A stretch of DNA of 27,835 nt from Candidatus Thermofontivivens primus (GCA_031458695.1 JAVKJW010000029.1:1-27835); one strand, 5' to 3'. Shown: positions 1 through 11,102, counted from the first letter of the stretch. The notes: a model not told the origin generated them from the letters alone. Made by a program: numbers and translations.

Positions 1-648
1 CAAGGCACCCACGCGGACGATCCGGGGCGCTGGCTCTGTGAGATCCACCACCGTGGAGGGGACCCCATGGGGGGTTCTCCCCCCGTCGAGGATCAGGTCG
101 ACGCGGTCCCCGATATCTGTGGCGACCTGGGTCGCGGTGACCGGGTTAGGCGCCCTGTGGGAATTGGCGCTCGTCCCCACAATGGGAACGCCTGCTTCTT
201 GGATGATGCGCAGCGGGATGGGGTGGTTCGGCATGCGCAGCGCAATCGATCTCCCTCCCCCGCAGACCATCTCCGGGGCCCTGCTCGTTCGCGGGAGGAC
301 GATGGTCAGGGGCCCTGGCCAGAACCGCTTCATGAGGTCCCTGGCAACGGACGAAACCACAGCCAGCTCCTCGGCCTGGGCGACATCGGCGACCAAGACC
401 GGCAGGGGCTCATTCGTTGGACGTCCCTTCACCTCGAAGATCCGACGCACGCCTCCCTCCTGGAAGATACTGGTCCCCAGGCCGTACACGGTATCCGTAG
501 GGTACGCAACGAGCCCTCCGGTGCGAATGAGCTCCACAGCTTTCCGGGGCATTTGCCTTTCGTCTTGGTCCACACGGATGATGGTGATCTTTGGGATGGA
601 GAGTGTGGGATGATTCCAGAAGGTCCGGCTGTAGAGACTCATCGTCAT
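1..648 (-). CDS. tsaC: L-threonylcarbamoyladenylate synthase (YrdC/Sua5 family), partial; the C-terminal part continues beyond the window start
   Basis: I translated the minus strand myself because the ORF track omits it (no stop before position 1). It gives ...RTGGLVAYPTDTVYGLG..IFEVKGRPTNEPLPVLV..RFWPGPLTIVLP..IALRMPNHPI..VGTSANSHRAPNP..VDLILDGG..STVVDL. These are the YrdC/Sua5 signature blocks and closely parallel B. subtilis YwlC. The start is ATG at 648 or 642. It lies downstream of prfA-prmC in the same orientation, which is the classic prfA-prmC-ywlC arrangement. Confidence 0.8.
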   Translation of the reverse strand, partial: MTMSLYSRTFWNHPTLSIPKITIIRVDQDERQMPRKAVELIRTGGLVAYPTDTVYGLGTSIFQEGGVRRIFEVKGRPTNEPLPVLVADVAQAEELAVVSSVARDLMKRFWPGPLTIVLPRTSRAPEMVCGGGRSIALRMPNHPIPLRIIQEAGVPIVGTSANSHRAPNPVTATQVATDIGDRVDLILDGGRTPHGVPSTVVDLTEPAPRIVRVGAL

Positions 649-773
649 CACCACGTCGGATTCGCATCGATTGTTTTTTGTTCCGTTTTCTTGGATCCTC
701 CCATCAGGTCCGCAAGAGCGGTTTCGCTAGCGAGACGGATGTTTCCTTCCTCTCGATCCTTTTCCGAATCCCC

Positions 774-1715
774 TCACGAACTCCCTGAACCCGGAGCCGT
801 GGCCCATCCAACGACCACGCGAGGGATCCCGGCAAGGTCCATCACCGACTCCACTTGCTGGAAGAACCCTGTCCTTTCTATGAGCTCTTGCACAGCATCT
901 GCCTGGCCTGCCATGACCTCGATGGCGAGGAGGCCCCCAGGCCGGAGGAATCTGGGGCTTTGTTGCACGATCCTCCGGATGTATTCTAGGCCGTCCTCAC
1001 CCCCATCGAGTGCGGGGAGCGGTTCGTAGCAACGGATGGATGCGGGGAGATGAGGGATAAGCCCGCTTGGCACATATGGGGGGTTGGTGGCAATGGCGTC
1101 CACTTGACCTTGGAACCCCAGGGCTTCAAGAGGGTCCAGGAGATCCCCCCGCAGGAAAGCCACCCTGGTTGAGACACCATGCTTGCAGGCGTTCTCCCGG
1201 GCTACCTCCAGGGCCGGGCCTGAGAGGTCCGTTGCGACGACCCTGGCCCCATCGTGGTACACGGCGAGTGCGATGGCGATGGCGCCACTTCCTGTCCCGA
1301 CGTCCACGACGAGGGGATGGGGGAGAGGCGCGAGTTCCCGGAGGAGCCTCTCCACGAGCACCTCCGTCTCCGGCCGAGGGATGAGGACCCGCTCATCCAC
1401 GAGGAAGTCCAGTCCCATGAACTCCCTCCGCCCGATGATGTACGCCAGAGGCCGACCCTGCGTGCGCTCCTCGAGGAGATCGACGTACGTCTTCCATGTC
1501 TGCCAGGAGAGGGAGCTCTCCCACCGCGCGTACAGGGAGGAACGCGGGATCGGCTCGACGACCCCCCTGTGGTGGGAAGAGGAAAGAGGGGAAGTGCCCG
1601 GAAAGAGCCGATCCCAGGCGATGGCATAGCGAAGGAGGACCTCCGCCTCCACCTCTGGGGAATCCACACCTTCGGCGCGGAGGTGCTCCCGCCCCAAAAG
1701 GAAAGCCTCCCGCAT
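774..1715 (-). CDS. prmC: release factor glutamine N5-methyltransferase PrmC/HemK
   Basis: The ORF 774..2093 contains the SAM-binding motif VVDVGTGSGAIAIALA and the NPPY catalytic motif (DAIATNPPYVP). A PrmC-like N-terminus begins at MREAFLLGREHLRAEG... (ATG 1715, preceded by AGGGGA). An alternative ATG at 1799 overlaps the prfA stop (ATGA), but the 28 extra codons have low GC3 and are not PrmC-like. Confidence 0.85.
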   Translation of the reverse strand: MREAFLLGREHLRAEGVDSPEVEAEVLLRYAIAWDRLFPGTSPLSSSHHRGVVEPIPRSSLYARWESSLSWQTWKTYVDLLEERTQGRPLAYIIGRREFMGLDFLVDERVLIPRPETEVLVERLLRELAPLPHPLVVDVGTGSGAIAIALAVYHDGARVVATDLSGPALEVARENACKHGVSTRVAFLRGDLLDPLEALGFQGQVDAIATNPPYVPSGLIPHLPASIRCYEPLPALDGGEDGLEYIRRIVQQSPRFLRPGGLLAIEVMAGQADAVQELIERTGFFQQVESVMDLAGIPRVVVGWATAPGSGSS

Positions 1716-1795
1716 CGTCCCCTGCCATTGCCCTCTGGCAGTTGGCAAGGGCTCCTCCCTGGGATCACACTGGATGCAAGCAACCATCGATGCTT

Positions 1796-2932
1796 TCATG
1801 GAGCGCTCTGGGTCGTAGCGGCCATGGCCTCGGCCCGATCGGCGGCGATGAGGGCGTCGATCAACGGGTCGAGCTCCCCATCCAGCACGGATTCCAGCTG
1901 GTAGAGGGTCAGCCCGATCCGGTGGTCGGTGACGCGGTTTTGGGGGAAGTTGTAAGTCCGGATCTTCTCGCTGCGCTCCCCGGTCCCCACCTGCTGGCGC
2001 CTCTTCGCTGCGATTTCTTCCTGCTGGCGCCGCTCCAGGAGGTTCAGGAGGTGCGCGCGGAGGATCCGCAACGCCTTCTCCCGGTTCTGCCACTGGGAGC
2101 GCTCATCCTGGCAGGTGACCACGATTCCCGTGGGGAGATGCTTCACGCGCACCGCAGTCTCCACCTTGTTGACGTTTTGCCCGCCGGCACCCCCCGCGCG
2201 GAAGGTCTGGATCTCCAGGTCCTCCTCCCGGATCTCCACCTCCACCTCCTCCGCCTCTGGGAGGACAGCCACCGTGGCGGTAGAGGTGTGGATGCGGCCG
2301 CTTGCCTCGGTCACCGGCACTCGTTGCACCCTATGGACTCCGCTCTCGAACTTCAGGCGGCGATAGGCCCCCTTCCCCTGGATGCTCAAGATCACCTCTT
2401 TAAATCCCCCGAGATCAGAGGGGCTCGCCTCTAGGATTTCCGTCTTCCATCCCTTCCGCTCTGCGTACCGCATGTACATGCGCAGGAGGTCTGCGCTGAA
2501 CAGCGCAGCCTCCTCTCCCCCTGCACCAGCCCGGATCTCCATGATAATGTTCCGATCGGCGTAGGGATCCGCGGGGAGGAGCAGTTCGACGAGCCTTCCC
2601 TCAAGCTCCTCGAGCAGTCCGGCGAGGCGTTCTGCTTCCTCCCGGGCCCACTCGCGGATCTCAGGATCTGCCTCCTTGCGGCTCATCTCCCTGGCCTCCT
2701 CAAGATCCCGGGAGATGCGCCGGTACTCCCGGGACAGGGAAACCACCTCCTCAAGGGCGCCATACTCCTTCGCCAGCTTCTGGTAGCGGTCCCCATCCGA
2801 GAGGATGGCGGGGTCGGCGAGAAGCTTGGTAAGCTCTTCATACCTGGCCTCAAGGGCCGCCAACTTGTCCAGGATCTGAGGTGGGGCTGCCATCGCCACC
2901 ATTATATCAAAAAGAGTGTTTCCAGGTTGCAT
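1796..2932 (-). CDS. prfA: peptide chain release factor 1
   Basis: GGQ motif ([36 protein letters not shown]) and RF1-type PxT-region organisation, about 365-378 aa. The start could be ATG 2932 or the internal ATG about 30 nt downstream. No strong SD precedes either. Confidence 0.9.
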   Translation of the reverse strand: MQPGNTLFDIMVAMAAPPQILDKLAALEARYEELTKLLADPAILSDGDRYQKLAKEYGALEEVVSLSREYRRISRDLEEAREMSRKEADPEIREWAREEAERLAGLLEELEGRLVELLLPADPYADRNIIMEIRAGAGGEEAALFSADLLRMYMRYAERKGWKTEILEASPSDLGGFKEVILSIQGKGAYRRLKFESGVHRVQRVPVTEASGRIHTSTATVAVLPEAEEVEVEIREEDLEIQTFRAGGAGGQNVNKVETAVRVKHLPTGIVVTCQDERSQWQNREKALRILRAHLLNLLERRQQEEIAAKRRQQVGTGERSEKIRTYNFPQNRVTDHRIGLTLYQLESVLDGELDPLIDALIAADRAEAMAATTQSAP

Positions 2933-2969
2933 GTTTCAGGTTGTGATGGGCTCAACAGAACGTGCAAGC

Positions 2970-3858
<889 letters not shown>

Positions 3859-3869
<11 letters not shown>

Positions 3870-4437
3870 TTTTCACCTCTTTCCCTGGCACTTGATGGCA
3901 TTTGCGGCACCTCGCCTCGTAGACCTCCTGCGCTCCAATGAGGATCACGGGATCATGGTAGCTTGCAGGCTTCCCGTTGACCAACCGCTGCGTCCGACTC
4001 GCCGGCTGGCCGCAGACCATGCAGATCGCCTGGAGCTTGTCCACCGCCTCGGCAATCGCCAGCAGGCGGGGCATCGGGCCGAAGGGTTCACCGCGGAAGT
4101 CCTGATCAAGCCCTGCCACGATCACGCGCAGGCCGCGGTCAGCAAGGGCATTGCAGACGTCTGCGAGCCCGTCGTCGAAGAATTGAGCCTCGTCGATGGC
4201 AACAACCTCCGCGTGTGGATCGACGCGCTCCAGGATCTCCGCGCTCGAACGGACACCGATGGCCTCGATGCGGGCGCCGTTGTGAGAGACCACCTCCCGG
4301 GCGCCGTAGCGATCGTCGAGGGCATGCTTGAACACGCATACCCGTTGCCGGGCAATCTGGGCCCTGCGCACCCTGCGGATCAGCTCCTCGCTCTTCCCAC
4401 TGAACATGCTCCCACAGATGACCTCAATCCTTCCCAT
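3859..4437 (-). CDS. tdk: thymidine kinase
   Basis: P-loop [14 protein letters not shown] at the N-terminus. The C-terminal zinc ribbon has two Cys pairs (CMVCG ... CRKCH). 192 aa, the typical Tdk length. Confidence 0.9.
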
Positions 4438-4586
4438 TGCCGCTTACCGCACCCCCGTCCACAGAGTCCTCTGTTGAGTGCCGCCTCTCATTCTTCTCCA
4501 CGCCCTTCTGCCGGACTCCCGACAAGCTCCCCTGGCAAGTGGCTGCCGTTCGTAGCCCCGACAACACTTTCCTGGCTTTCTCGTTT

Positions 4587-5903
4587 TTACTGGAGGTAAC
4601 GCAGCGGATCCACTGGGGTCCCGCGGATGCGGACCTCAAAGTGGAGATGGGGGCCTGTGGTGTAGCCTGTCCTGCCAACACGAGCGATGAGCTGTCCCTG
4701 TCGGACCACTTGCCCCGCCCTCACGAGGATTCTGGAGGCGTGGCCATAGAGGGTGGTCATCCCGCTCCCGTGGTCGATGATCACGGTAAGGCCATAGCCG
4801 TAGTACCACCCGGCGAAGATGACCCGCCCATCCCTGGCTGCATAGATGGGCGTCCCAATCGGCCCAGCCAGGTCGATGCCGGTATGGTGGCGGCGCCACC
4901 TGCGACCGAATCCTGAGGTCAGCTTCCCGCGGGATGGCCACATCATCCCCGCCACCTGGCGGACGCGGGAGATCGCTCCTCCGCTCCCAGGGATGACCAG
5001 CCGCTGGCCAACACGGATGGAATGGATGTTTGTGAGCCCGTTGGCCGTTGCCAAGGTGTTCACGGGAACCCCAAAACGCCGGGCGATTCCAGAGATGGTA
5101 TCTCCAGGGCGCACTACGTATACCGAGGATCCCTGTGGCCTCGGCTCGGGTCTATCCCAGGAAGCCGTGTCTACAGCGTGTTCAAGGGGGATCACCAGTT
5201 TCTGACCAGGCCAGAGGCGATCGCGATCAGGAAGTTTGTTCGCCTGCTCAATGACGTCAATAGTCACCCCGTAGCGCTGGGCGATATCCCATAAGGTTTC
5301 GCCCGCGCGCACGGTGTGAATGGCCCTCCGGGAGGTGGATGCTTTCGCGGTGGGCCTCTTCGAGGCTGTAGAGGCAGTGGAACGCCCCGAGGGGATTTGC
5401 AGGCTCTGGCCAGGCTTGATCAGACCTCCCCGTAGCCCGTTCGTCCTTGCAATGGCTTCCACAGTCACCCCGTACGCCCGGGCGATCTCCCAAAGTGTCT
5501 CCCCCTGCCGGACTACATGAACCCTTGAGGCCTCAGGTGCTTTCGCTGGATTGGGCCTTGCGCTGGGGGAGGTGCGTTTTCCCGCTGGGCCGGCGGGGGA
5601 AGGACGGGCACCTCCCCCTTTCCGCAGGACCGAATGGAGGGATTCCTGCGAGAGAATGGGCAAAAGTTCGCGGGGAAGAGCGGGGGCACCAAGAGAAGAT
5701 CGTAGCGAAACCCCTGGATGCGCAGAAGCGATGGTCACCACCACACCTGCTACGGATCCCCAGAGGAGGAAAGGTCGCCAGGAGCGCCAAACCTTCTCTT
5801 TTCCTCTAAACCACCTCTGCCCCCGGCGAAGGGTTTCTACCAGGCCCTTCCAGGCACCCCAAACGGGGACCCAGAGGGGCCTGTAAGGTTCCCGCTCCGC
5901 CAT
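4587..5903 (-). CDS. membrane-anchored peptidoglycan hydrolase with three LysM domains and a C-terminal M23 metallopeptidase domain
   Basis: Three LysM repeats (VHVVRQGETLWEIARAYGV..., HTVRAGETLWDIAQRYGV..., VYVVRPGDTISGIARRFGV...). An M23 domain follows, with HTGIDLAG ... GLTVIIDHGSGMTTLYGH ... GPHLHFEV. There is an N-terminal TM segment, LLWGSVAGVVVTIASA. Confidence 0.85.
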   Translation of the reverse strand: MAEREPYRPLWVPVWGAWKGLVETLRRGQRWFRGKEKVWRSWRPFLLWGSVAGVVVTIASAHPGVSLRSSLGAPALPRELLPILSQESLHSVLRKGGGARPSPAGPAGKRTSPSARPNPAKAPEASRVHVVRQGETLWEIARAYGVTVEAIARTNGLRGGLIKPGQSLQIPSGRSTASTASKRPTAKASTSRRAIHTVRAGETLWDIAQRYGVTIDVIEQANKLPDRDRLWPGQKLVIPLEHAVDTASWDRPEPRPQGSSVYVVRPGDTISGIARRFGVPVNTLATANGLTNIHSIRVGQRLVIPGSGGAISRVRQVAGMMWPSRGKLTSGFGRRWRRHHTGIDLAGPIGTPIYAARDGRVIFAGWYYGYGLTVIIDHGSGMTTLYGHASRILVRAGQVVRQGQLIARVGRTGYTTGPHLHFEVRIRGTPVDPLRYLQ

Positions 5904-5994
5904 TGTCCCCTTAAGAGTTCAAAATTGACAGTAAATTCTGAGAGCGTAAGCTTACCTTACTTTTTCGCGGGAAAATCAGAGATTCCTGCCTTAC

Positions 5995-7260
5995 TTATAC
6001 AAGTTCCTCTTCGGCGCTCTTGACAATCGACCGGAGGAACGCGGCGTTGTTGGGGGTCTTACGCATGCGGTCGAGGATCAGCTCGGTCATTGCCACGGTG
6101 TCCAGCTGCTCCAGGCTCTTGCGCAACACCCACACCTTGCGTAGCTCCTCCTCAGTCAGCAGGAGCTCCTCTCTCCTAGTCCCAGAGAGCTTGATGTCGA
6201 TGGCCGGGAAGGTCCGGCGTTCTTGCAGCTTGCGGTTCAGATGGAGCTCCATGTTCCCTGTTCCCTTGAACTCCTCGTAGATGACATCGTCCATGCGACT
6301 TCCTGTGTCAATGAGGGCGGTGGCGATGATGGTGAGGCTCCCTCCTTCTTCTACCTTCCTGGCTGCTCCGAAGAATCGCTTGGGGCGGTGGAGAGCAGCG
6401 GGATCCAACCCTCCCGAGAGGGTCCGCCCGCTTGGAGGGATGACCAGGTTGTTTGCCCGGCTGAACCTGGTGAGGCTATCTAGGAGGATGACCACGTCCC
6501 GGCCACCTTCCACCAGGCGCTTCGCCCGCTCGAGGACGAGGTCGGCAACCTGGATGTGTTCCTCGGGGGGACGGTCGAAGGTGGAGGAGATGACCTCCGC
6601 CTCTACAGAGCGGCGCATGTCCGTAACCTCCTCTGGCCGCTCGTCCAGCAAGAGGACCATGAGGTAGATCTCGGGATGGTTGCGCACAATGGCCTGGCCG
6701 ATCTTCTTGAGCAACGTTGTCTTCCCGGCCTTGGGCGGGGAGACGATCATCGCGCGCTGGCCCTTCCCAATGGGCGCGAACAGGTCTACGACACGCACGG
6801 TGAGGTCGCCGTCAGGCATCTCCAGCCTGATGCGCTCGTAGGGGAAGACAGGGGTGAGCTGGTCGAAGTTCGGCCTGTTCCTGGCTTGCTCGGGGTCCAG
6901 CCCGTTGACCCCCTCCACCCGCAGGAGCGCATAGTACTTCTCGTTGTCCTTGGGCGGCCGGACCTGCCCTAGCACCTCATCGCCGACGCGCAGCCCGAAT
7001 CGCTTGATCTGGGATGGGGAGACGTAGATATCCTCCGGACCTGGCAAGTAGCCGTTGGTGCGGAGGAACCCATAGCCTTCCGGCATGATCTCCAGGATGC
7101 CTGCGCGGAAGAGGAGCCCTGTCTGTTCGGTCCTCGCCTGGAGGATCCGGACGATCAGCTCCTGCTTCCGGTATCGCCGGAAGTTCGGGATCCCCAGATC
7201 CTTGGCGATATCGAAGAGTTCGTTGAGCGTCTTCGCCTCAAGGTCTACAAGTGTTGCCAC
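5995..7260 (-). CDS. rho: transcription termination factor Rho
   Basis: Rho N-terminal and CSD region (LVDLEAKTLNELFDIAKDLGI ... GYGFLR), Walker A (GKTTLL) and Rho C-terminal domain. The true start is most likely GTG at 7260, preceded by GGAGGTG with a 7-nt spacer, and it aligns with E. coli Met1 (MNLTELK / VATLVDLEAK). The ORF-track ATG at 7320 gives a 20-aa extension that I think is not real. Confidence 0.9.
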   Translation of the reverse strand: MATLVDLEAKTLNELFDIAKDLGIPNFRRYRKQELIVRILQARTEQTGLLFRAGILEIMPEGYGFLRTNGYLPGPEDIYVSPSQIKRFGLRVGDEVLGQVRPPKDNEKYYALLRVEGVNGLDPEQARNRPNFDQLTPVFPYERIRLEMPDGDLTVRVVDLFAPIGKGQRAMIVSPPKAGKTTLLKKIGQAIVRNHPEIYLMVLLLDERPEEVTDMRRSVEAEVISSTFDRPPEEHIQVADLVLERAKRLVEGGRDVVILLDSLTRFSRANNLVIPPSGRTLSGGLDPAALHRPKRFFGAARKVEEGGSLTIIATALIDTGSRMDDVIYEEFKGTGNMELHLNRKLQERRTFPAIDIKLSGTRREELLLTEEELRKVWVLRKSLEQLDTVAMTELILDRMRKTPNNAAFLRSIVKSAEEELV

Positions 7261-7362
7261 CCCTGTCCACCTCCGTACCTGCTCCCCTCCCTCCTTGGAG
7301 TTCCTCTGGCTCTTCCACAAGGTGAAGGGAGCATCTTGCGCTTGCTCTGCACGTGGGGCTCG

Positions 7363-8034
7363 TTACACTTTCTCCCGCATGGCACTCAGCGCGGATTCCA
7401 GCTTCCGCCAGTCTGCGAGGAACCGCTCCAACCCGATGTCTGTGAGAGGATGCTTCAGGAGCTGCTCGAGCACAGCGAACGGCGCAGTGGCAATGTCTGC
7501 CCCTGCTAGGGCTGCTTCCACGATGTGGCGTGGATGCCGGATACTCGCCGCGAGCACCTGGGTGGGATACCCATAGTTCTTGAAGATGCGGACGGCTTGG
7601 CGGACGACCTCCATCCCGTCGTGACCGATGTCATCCAGCCTCCCCAGGAACGGGCTCACGTAGGTGGCACCTGCTTTGGCAGCGAGGAGAGCTTGGGGGA
7701 CGGAGAAGACCAGGGTGGTATTGACGCGAACCCCCATCTCAGCCAAAGCCCGGATCGCCCGCAACCCTTCTTTGATCAGGGGAATCTTCACCACAATGTT
7801 GGGAGCCCAGGAGGCAAGCTCCAAGGCCTCCCGGATCATTCCCTCTGCATCCAGGCTCGTCACCTCCACGCTGACTGGGCCAGAGACGGTGGCACAGATC
7901 TCCTCCACCAACTTCCTCGGCTCCTTCCCCTCCTTGGCGATCAGGGTGGGGTTGGTGGTGACACCGTCGAGAATCCCCCAGCTCTGGACCTCCTGGATCT
8001 CGCGCAGATTGGCGCTGTCAATGAACAATTTCAT
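7363..8034 (-). CDS. tal: transaldolase (short Tal/Fsa subfamily, fructose-6-phosphate aldolase-like)
   Basis: [15 protein letters not shown]...[17 protein letters not shown] closely matches the N-terminus of short-form Tal (B. subtilis YwjH-like). 223 aa. The SD GGAGGAGG lies 7 nt upstream of the ATG. Confidence 0.85.
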   Translation of the reverse strand: MKLFIDSANLREIQEVQSWGILDGVTTNPTLIAKEGKEPRKLVEEICATVSGPVSVEVTSLDAEGMIREALELASWAPNIVVKIPLIKEGLRAIRALAEMGVRVNTTLVFSVPQALLAAKAGATYVSPFLGRLDDIGHDGMEVVRQAVRIFKNYGYPTQVLAASIRHPRHIVEAALAGADIATAPFAVLEQLLKHPLTDIGLERFLADWRKLESALSAMREKV

Positions 8035-8087
8035 GGGTTGTCCTCCTCCCGCGCGCGCAGTTCAGAGCAGGAAGCGTGCCGGCATCC

Positions 8088-9338
8088 TCATGGGCCCTTG
8101 GCCTCGATGTAGGTCGCATCCCCGGCAACCCGGGCGGCGAGGAGCATCGCGACTTCATCGCCTGGCTTCAAGGCTCCTAGCTCCACAGGCTGCCCGTTCC
8201 GGTAGATGGCCACGGCGGTAGCGACCCGGTAGGTCCGCACGGCCCCGGAGGGATCTTTGATCGTGATCGTGCTGGGCCTTCCCACGCGCACGGCTTCCAC
8301 CGTTCCACGCACGTACTCGTACCGGCTCAGCCTCTCCATGAGCTGGTCCACGGCCACTGCAACGTCCGCCCGCGTGGCCGGGGCGTGCGCCCGGATCGTC
8401 TGGTCGGCAAAGGGAAGCAGGATCTTCCGCTCCACTGCTACAGCGACATAGCCCCGCGCCCACGTCTGGATTGCTGCACCATCAGCAAAGGGCAACGCCG
8501 CATCCTTTTTCGCCAGGGCCTCACCCTCCAGCCCCAGGGCACGGAGCACCACTGCAGCCAGCTCGGCCCGGGTCACCTCTTGACGAGGGCGGAAAGTTCC
8601 GTCGGGGTATCCAGCGATAAGCCCTTTTTGAAAGACCAACGAGACCGACGTGGGATTCGTTTTGGTGGTGTGGACGGCGATGATCTCATACCGCCCTGGC
8701 TCGACGGGTCTGTCGTTTTGATCCAGCTGCCTCCATTTGGTAGTGTACTGGAAAGATTTCCCAGGCGCAAGGGGTAAAGTCTTCTCCACCTCGGTGAAGG
8801 CCTTCCCGAGGGACCAGCGCGCTATCTCTTGGCCATCCTGGCGGATGATGAAGTCATACTCCTGCCCGTTGGCGAACTCGAACTTGACGATCTCCGAGGT
8901 CGTGTTGGTGATGGTGAAGGTCAGATTGACCTCCTCCCCTGCGTTGTAGATGGTCTTATCGGCCACCAGGGTGTAGACGATGCCGCCCTTCCGGACCTCT
9001 GCCTTGGACGGGGAAGCGATCCCCACCGAGAGGATAGCAGCAACATACGGTCTTGCCTCCTGGGGGATCTCCTGGATGTCTTTGTAGGAAGGAATCTCCT
9101 TCGACTCGGTGGAGAGTCCCAGGGCACGCACGAGGATGACCACGAGGTCAAGGCGGGTCACCGGGGCGTCGGGCAGGAACTTCCCATCGGGAGTTCCCTT
9201 GATCACCCCAAGGGCGCCCACCCGCTCAATAGAACGCTGCGCCGGAATCCCCTTGATATCTGTGAAAAGCTCGGCTCCCGCAGGCAAGGCCAGGAGTCCA
9301 ACGAGGAGGAGAAGCAGGATCCATCTCTGGGTGCGCAT
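8088..9338 (-). CDS. secreted SLH-domain cell-surface protein with an internal BsuPI-like (proteinase inhibitor I42) domain
   Basis: Signal peptide MRTQRWILLLLLVGLLALPAGA. Three SLH-like repeats (F.DI....IERVGALGVIKGTPDGKFLPDAPVTRLDLVVILVRAL, IAGYPDGTFRPRQEVTRAELAAVVLRAL, FADGAAIQ....TRADVAVAVDQL). The central segment NLTFTITNTTSEIVKFEFANGQEYDFIIRQDGQEI...PGKSFQYTTKW...EPGRYEIIAV parallels B. subtilis BsuPI. The SD GGAGG lies 8 nt before the ATG. It sits 39 nt downstream of argS. Confidence 0.7.
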   Translation of the reverse strand: MRTQRWILLLLLVGLLALPAGAELFTDIKGIPAQRSIERVGALGVIKGTPDGKFLPDAPVTRLDLVVILVRALGLSTESKEIPSYKDIQEIPQEARPYVAAILSVGIASPSKAEVRKGGIVYTLVADKTIYNAGEEVNLTFTITNTTSEIVKFEFANGQEYDFIIRQDGQEIARWSLGKAFTEVEKTLPLAPGKSFQYTTKWRQLDQNDRPVEPGRYEIIAVHTTKTNPTSVSLVFQKGLIAGYPDGTFRPRQEVTRAELAAVVLRALGLEGEALAKKDAALPFADGAAIQTWARGYVAVAVERKILLPFADQTIRAHAPATRADVAVAVDQLMERLSRYEYVRGTVEAVRVGRPSTITIKDPSGAVRTYRVATAVAIYRNGQPVELGALKPGDEVAMLLAARVAGDATYIEAKGP

Positions 9339-9377
9339 TCAAAGACCTCCTTACTTTGGATTTGTACATCACATCCT

Positions 9378-11087
9378 TCACATACGCTCGGGGGCGCTCA
9401 CGCCAATCAACTGGAGGGTCTTGCGGAGCACCACCCGCGTGGCATCGACAAGGGCGAGGCGGGCTCCCGTGAGCTCCGGATCATCGGTCAATACGCGGCA
9501 TTGGGTGTAGAAGACGTGGAATGCCGTCGCCAGCTCCTGGGCGAAGGCACACAGGCGATGCGGCTCCCGGCGCATCCCCGCAGTGAACACGACGTCTGGG
9601 AAATCGGCCAGCTTCCGCATGAGCGCGCGCTCGGTTTCGTGGGTGAGCGTGGAGAGATCGAGATCCCGCGCCTCGTTGAGATGGACGTGGGGATCGCCAG
9701 GGTTCGCAACCACGAACTCCCTCCCCACTGGGTGTTTAGACGCTTCCCGCAGGATGCTGCAGATGCGCGCGTGGGCATACTGGACGTAGTAGACGGGATT
9801 CTCGCTCGATTGCTTCACCGCCAGATCCAAGTCGAACTCAAGGGGGGTGGAGGGGTTGGTCATCACCAAGAAGTACCGAGCGGCATCGGCACCCACGGTC
9901 TCAAGAAGATCCTGGAGGGTCACGATCTCCCCGGCGCGCCGGGACATGCGCACGCTCTCTCCTCCGCGCCGGAACAGGACATGCTGGTAGAGGATCACCT
10001 CGAGCGTCTCCGGATCGTAGCCCATGGCCTGCACAGCCGCCTTGAGGCTTCGCACCTGCCCCTGATGGTCGATCCCCAGGACGTTGATCAACCGCTGGAA
10101 TCCCCGCTCGTAGATCGAGCGCCTGTAGGCGATGTCCCCTCCGAGATAGGTCGGCGTCCCGTCGCTGCGGATCACTACACGATCCCGCTCGTCCCCAAAG
10201 GCCGTGGCTCTGAACCAGAGAGCCCCTCCTTCCTCGTAGAGAGCGCCACGGGCGCGAAGGAGCTCTAGGGTCTTCTGGAAGTCGCTGCGGGCGTACAACC
10301 CAGCCTCGCTGAACCACCCGTCGAAGCGGATCCCAAACGCCTCCAGCGTCCTGCGGATGTCCCCCACGATCTCTGCGAGGGCGAACTCCCGGAAGTAGGC
10401 ATCGCGCTCCTCCTCTGGGGCATCCAGCCAGCGGGGGCCGTCTCTCTCTGCGATCTTCCGCGCGATCTCCACCACGTACTCCCCCCGATACCCATCCTCG
10501 GGGAAGGGGAGGCTCCGCCCGAACAGCTCGGCGTAGCGGCACGCCACCGACCTCGCCAGGGCGAGGACCTGGGCGCCATAGTCGTTGAGGTAGTACTCCC
10601 GGAAGACCTCGAACCCCAACGCATCGAGGAGGTTCGCGATGCAATCTCCAATCGCCCCGTTTCTGGCCGTCCCCACATGGAGGGGCCCAGTTGGGTTGGC
10701 GCTCACATATTCCACGTGGACCCGGATGCCCCTTCCTACATCCCACCTGCCGTACCGCTCCCCCTTCTCCAGCACAACCCGCACGACCTCCTGGAGCCAG
10801 GAAGGCGAGAGGAAGAAGTTCAGGAAGCCAGGGCCGGCGATCTCCACGCGCTCCACCTTCTCGGGAGGAAGGCGGAGGTGGCGCGCGATGGCCTCGGCGA
10901 CCCTGCGCGGGGGGAGGCTCATACTCCTCGCCAGCACCAGGGCAACGTTTGAGGCGAAATCCCCATGTTCAGCCTGACGCGGGGTTTCCAGCTCAACCTG
11001 GGGGACCTCCCCAGGGGGAAGGTCACCGGCCTGCTGTGCACGCAGGATAGCCTCGCGAATGGATTCCTGGAGTTGCTGGCGGATCAT
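9378..11087 (-). CDS. argS: arginine--tRNA ligase
   Basis: Class I catalytic core with HVGTARNGAIGD (HIGH-type) and a C-terminal DALR anticodon-binding region. About 570 aa. The ORF-track start is TTG 11093. ATG 11087 (MIRQQLQES...) is the more likely start. Confidence 0.9.
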   Translation of the reverse strand: MIRQQLQESIREAILRAQQAGDLPPGEVPQVELETPRQAEHGDFASNVALVLARSMSLPPRRVAEAIARHLRLPPEKVERVEIAGPGFLNFFLSPSWLQEVVRVVLEKGERYGRWDVGRGIRVHVEYVSANPTGPLHVGTARNGAIGDCIANLLDALGFEVFREYYLNDYGAQVLALARSVACRYAELFGRSLPFPEDGYRGEYVVEIARKIAERDGPRWLDAPEEERDAYFREFALAEIVGDIRRTLEAFGIRFDGWFSEAGLYARSDFQKTLELLRARGALYEEGGALWFRATAFGDERDRVVIRSDGTPTYLGGDIAYRRSIYERGFQRLINVLGIDHQGQVRSLKAAVQAMGYDPETLEVILYQHVLFRRGGESVRMSRRAGEIVTLQDLLETVGADAARYFLVMTNPSTPLEFDLDLAVKQSSENPVYYVQYAHARICSILREASKHPVGREFVVANPGDPHVHLNEARDLDLSTLTHETERALMRKLADFPDVVFTAGMRREPHRLCAFAQELATAFHVFYTQCRVLTDDPELTGARLALVDATRVVLRKTLQLIGVSAPERM

Positions 11088-11102
11088 CCCCAAGCCTACT
11101 TT

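Noticed and set aside
721-730. 10-bp palindrome TCGCTAGCGA in the prmC-tsaC spacer
   Set aside because: It is short and isolated. It could be chance or a restriction-like site.
1716-1799. prmC start at ATG 1799, overlapping the prfA stop as ATGA
   Set aside because: It is attractive for coupling. But the 28 extra codons have markedly lower GC3 than neighbouring genes and do not resemble PrmC N-termini. ATG 1715 gives a canonical PrmC N-terminus. It is kept as an alternative.
1496-2434. 312-aa plus-strand ORF overlapping prfA/prmC, with several shorter overlapping ORFs in 38-2100
   Set aside because: It is antisense to confidently identified prfA/prmC. Its Arg/Pro/Gly-rich, low-complexity translation is typical of out-of-frame GC-rich sequence.
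8829-10268. 479-aa plus-strand ORF
   Set aside because: It is entirely antisense to the SLH protein and argS. It has no motifs, and its composition is dominated by G/R/D/E from reverse-frame GC3.
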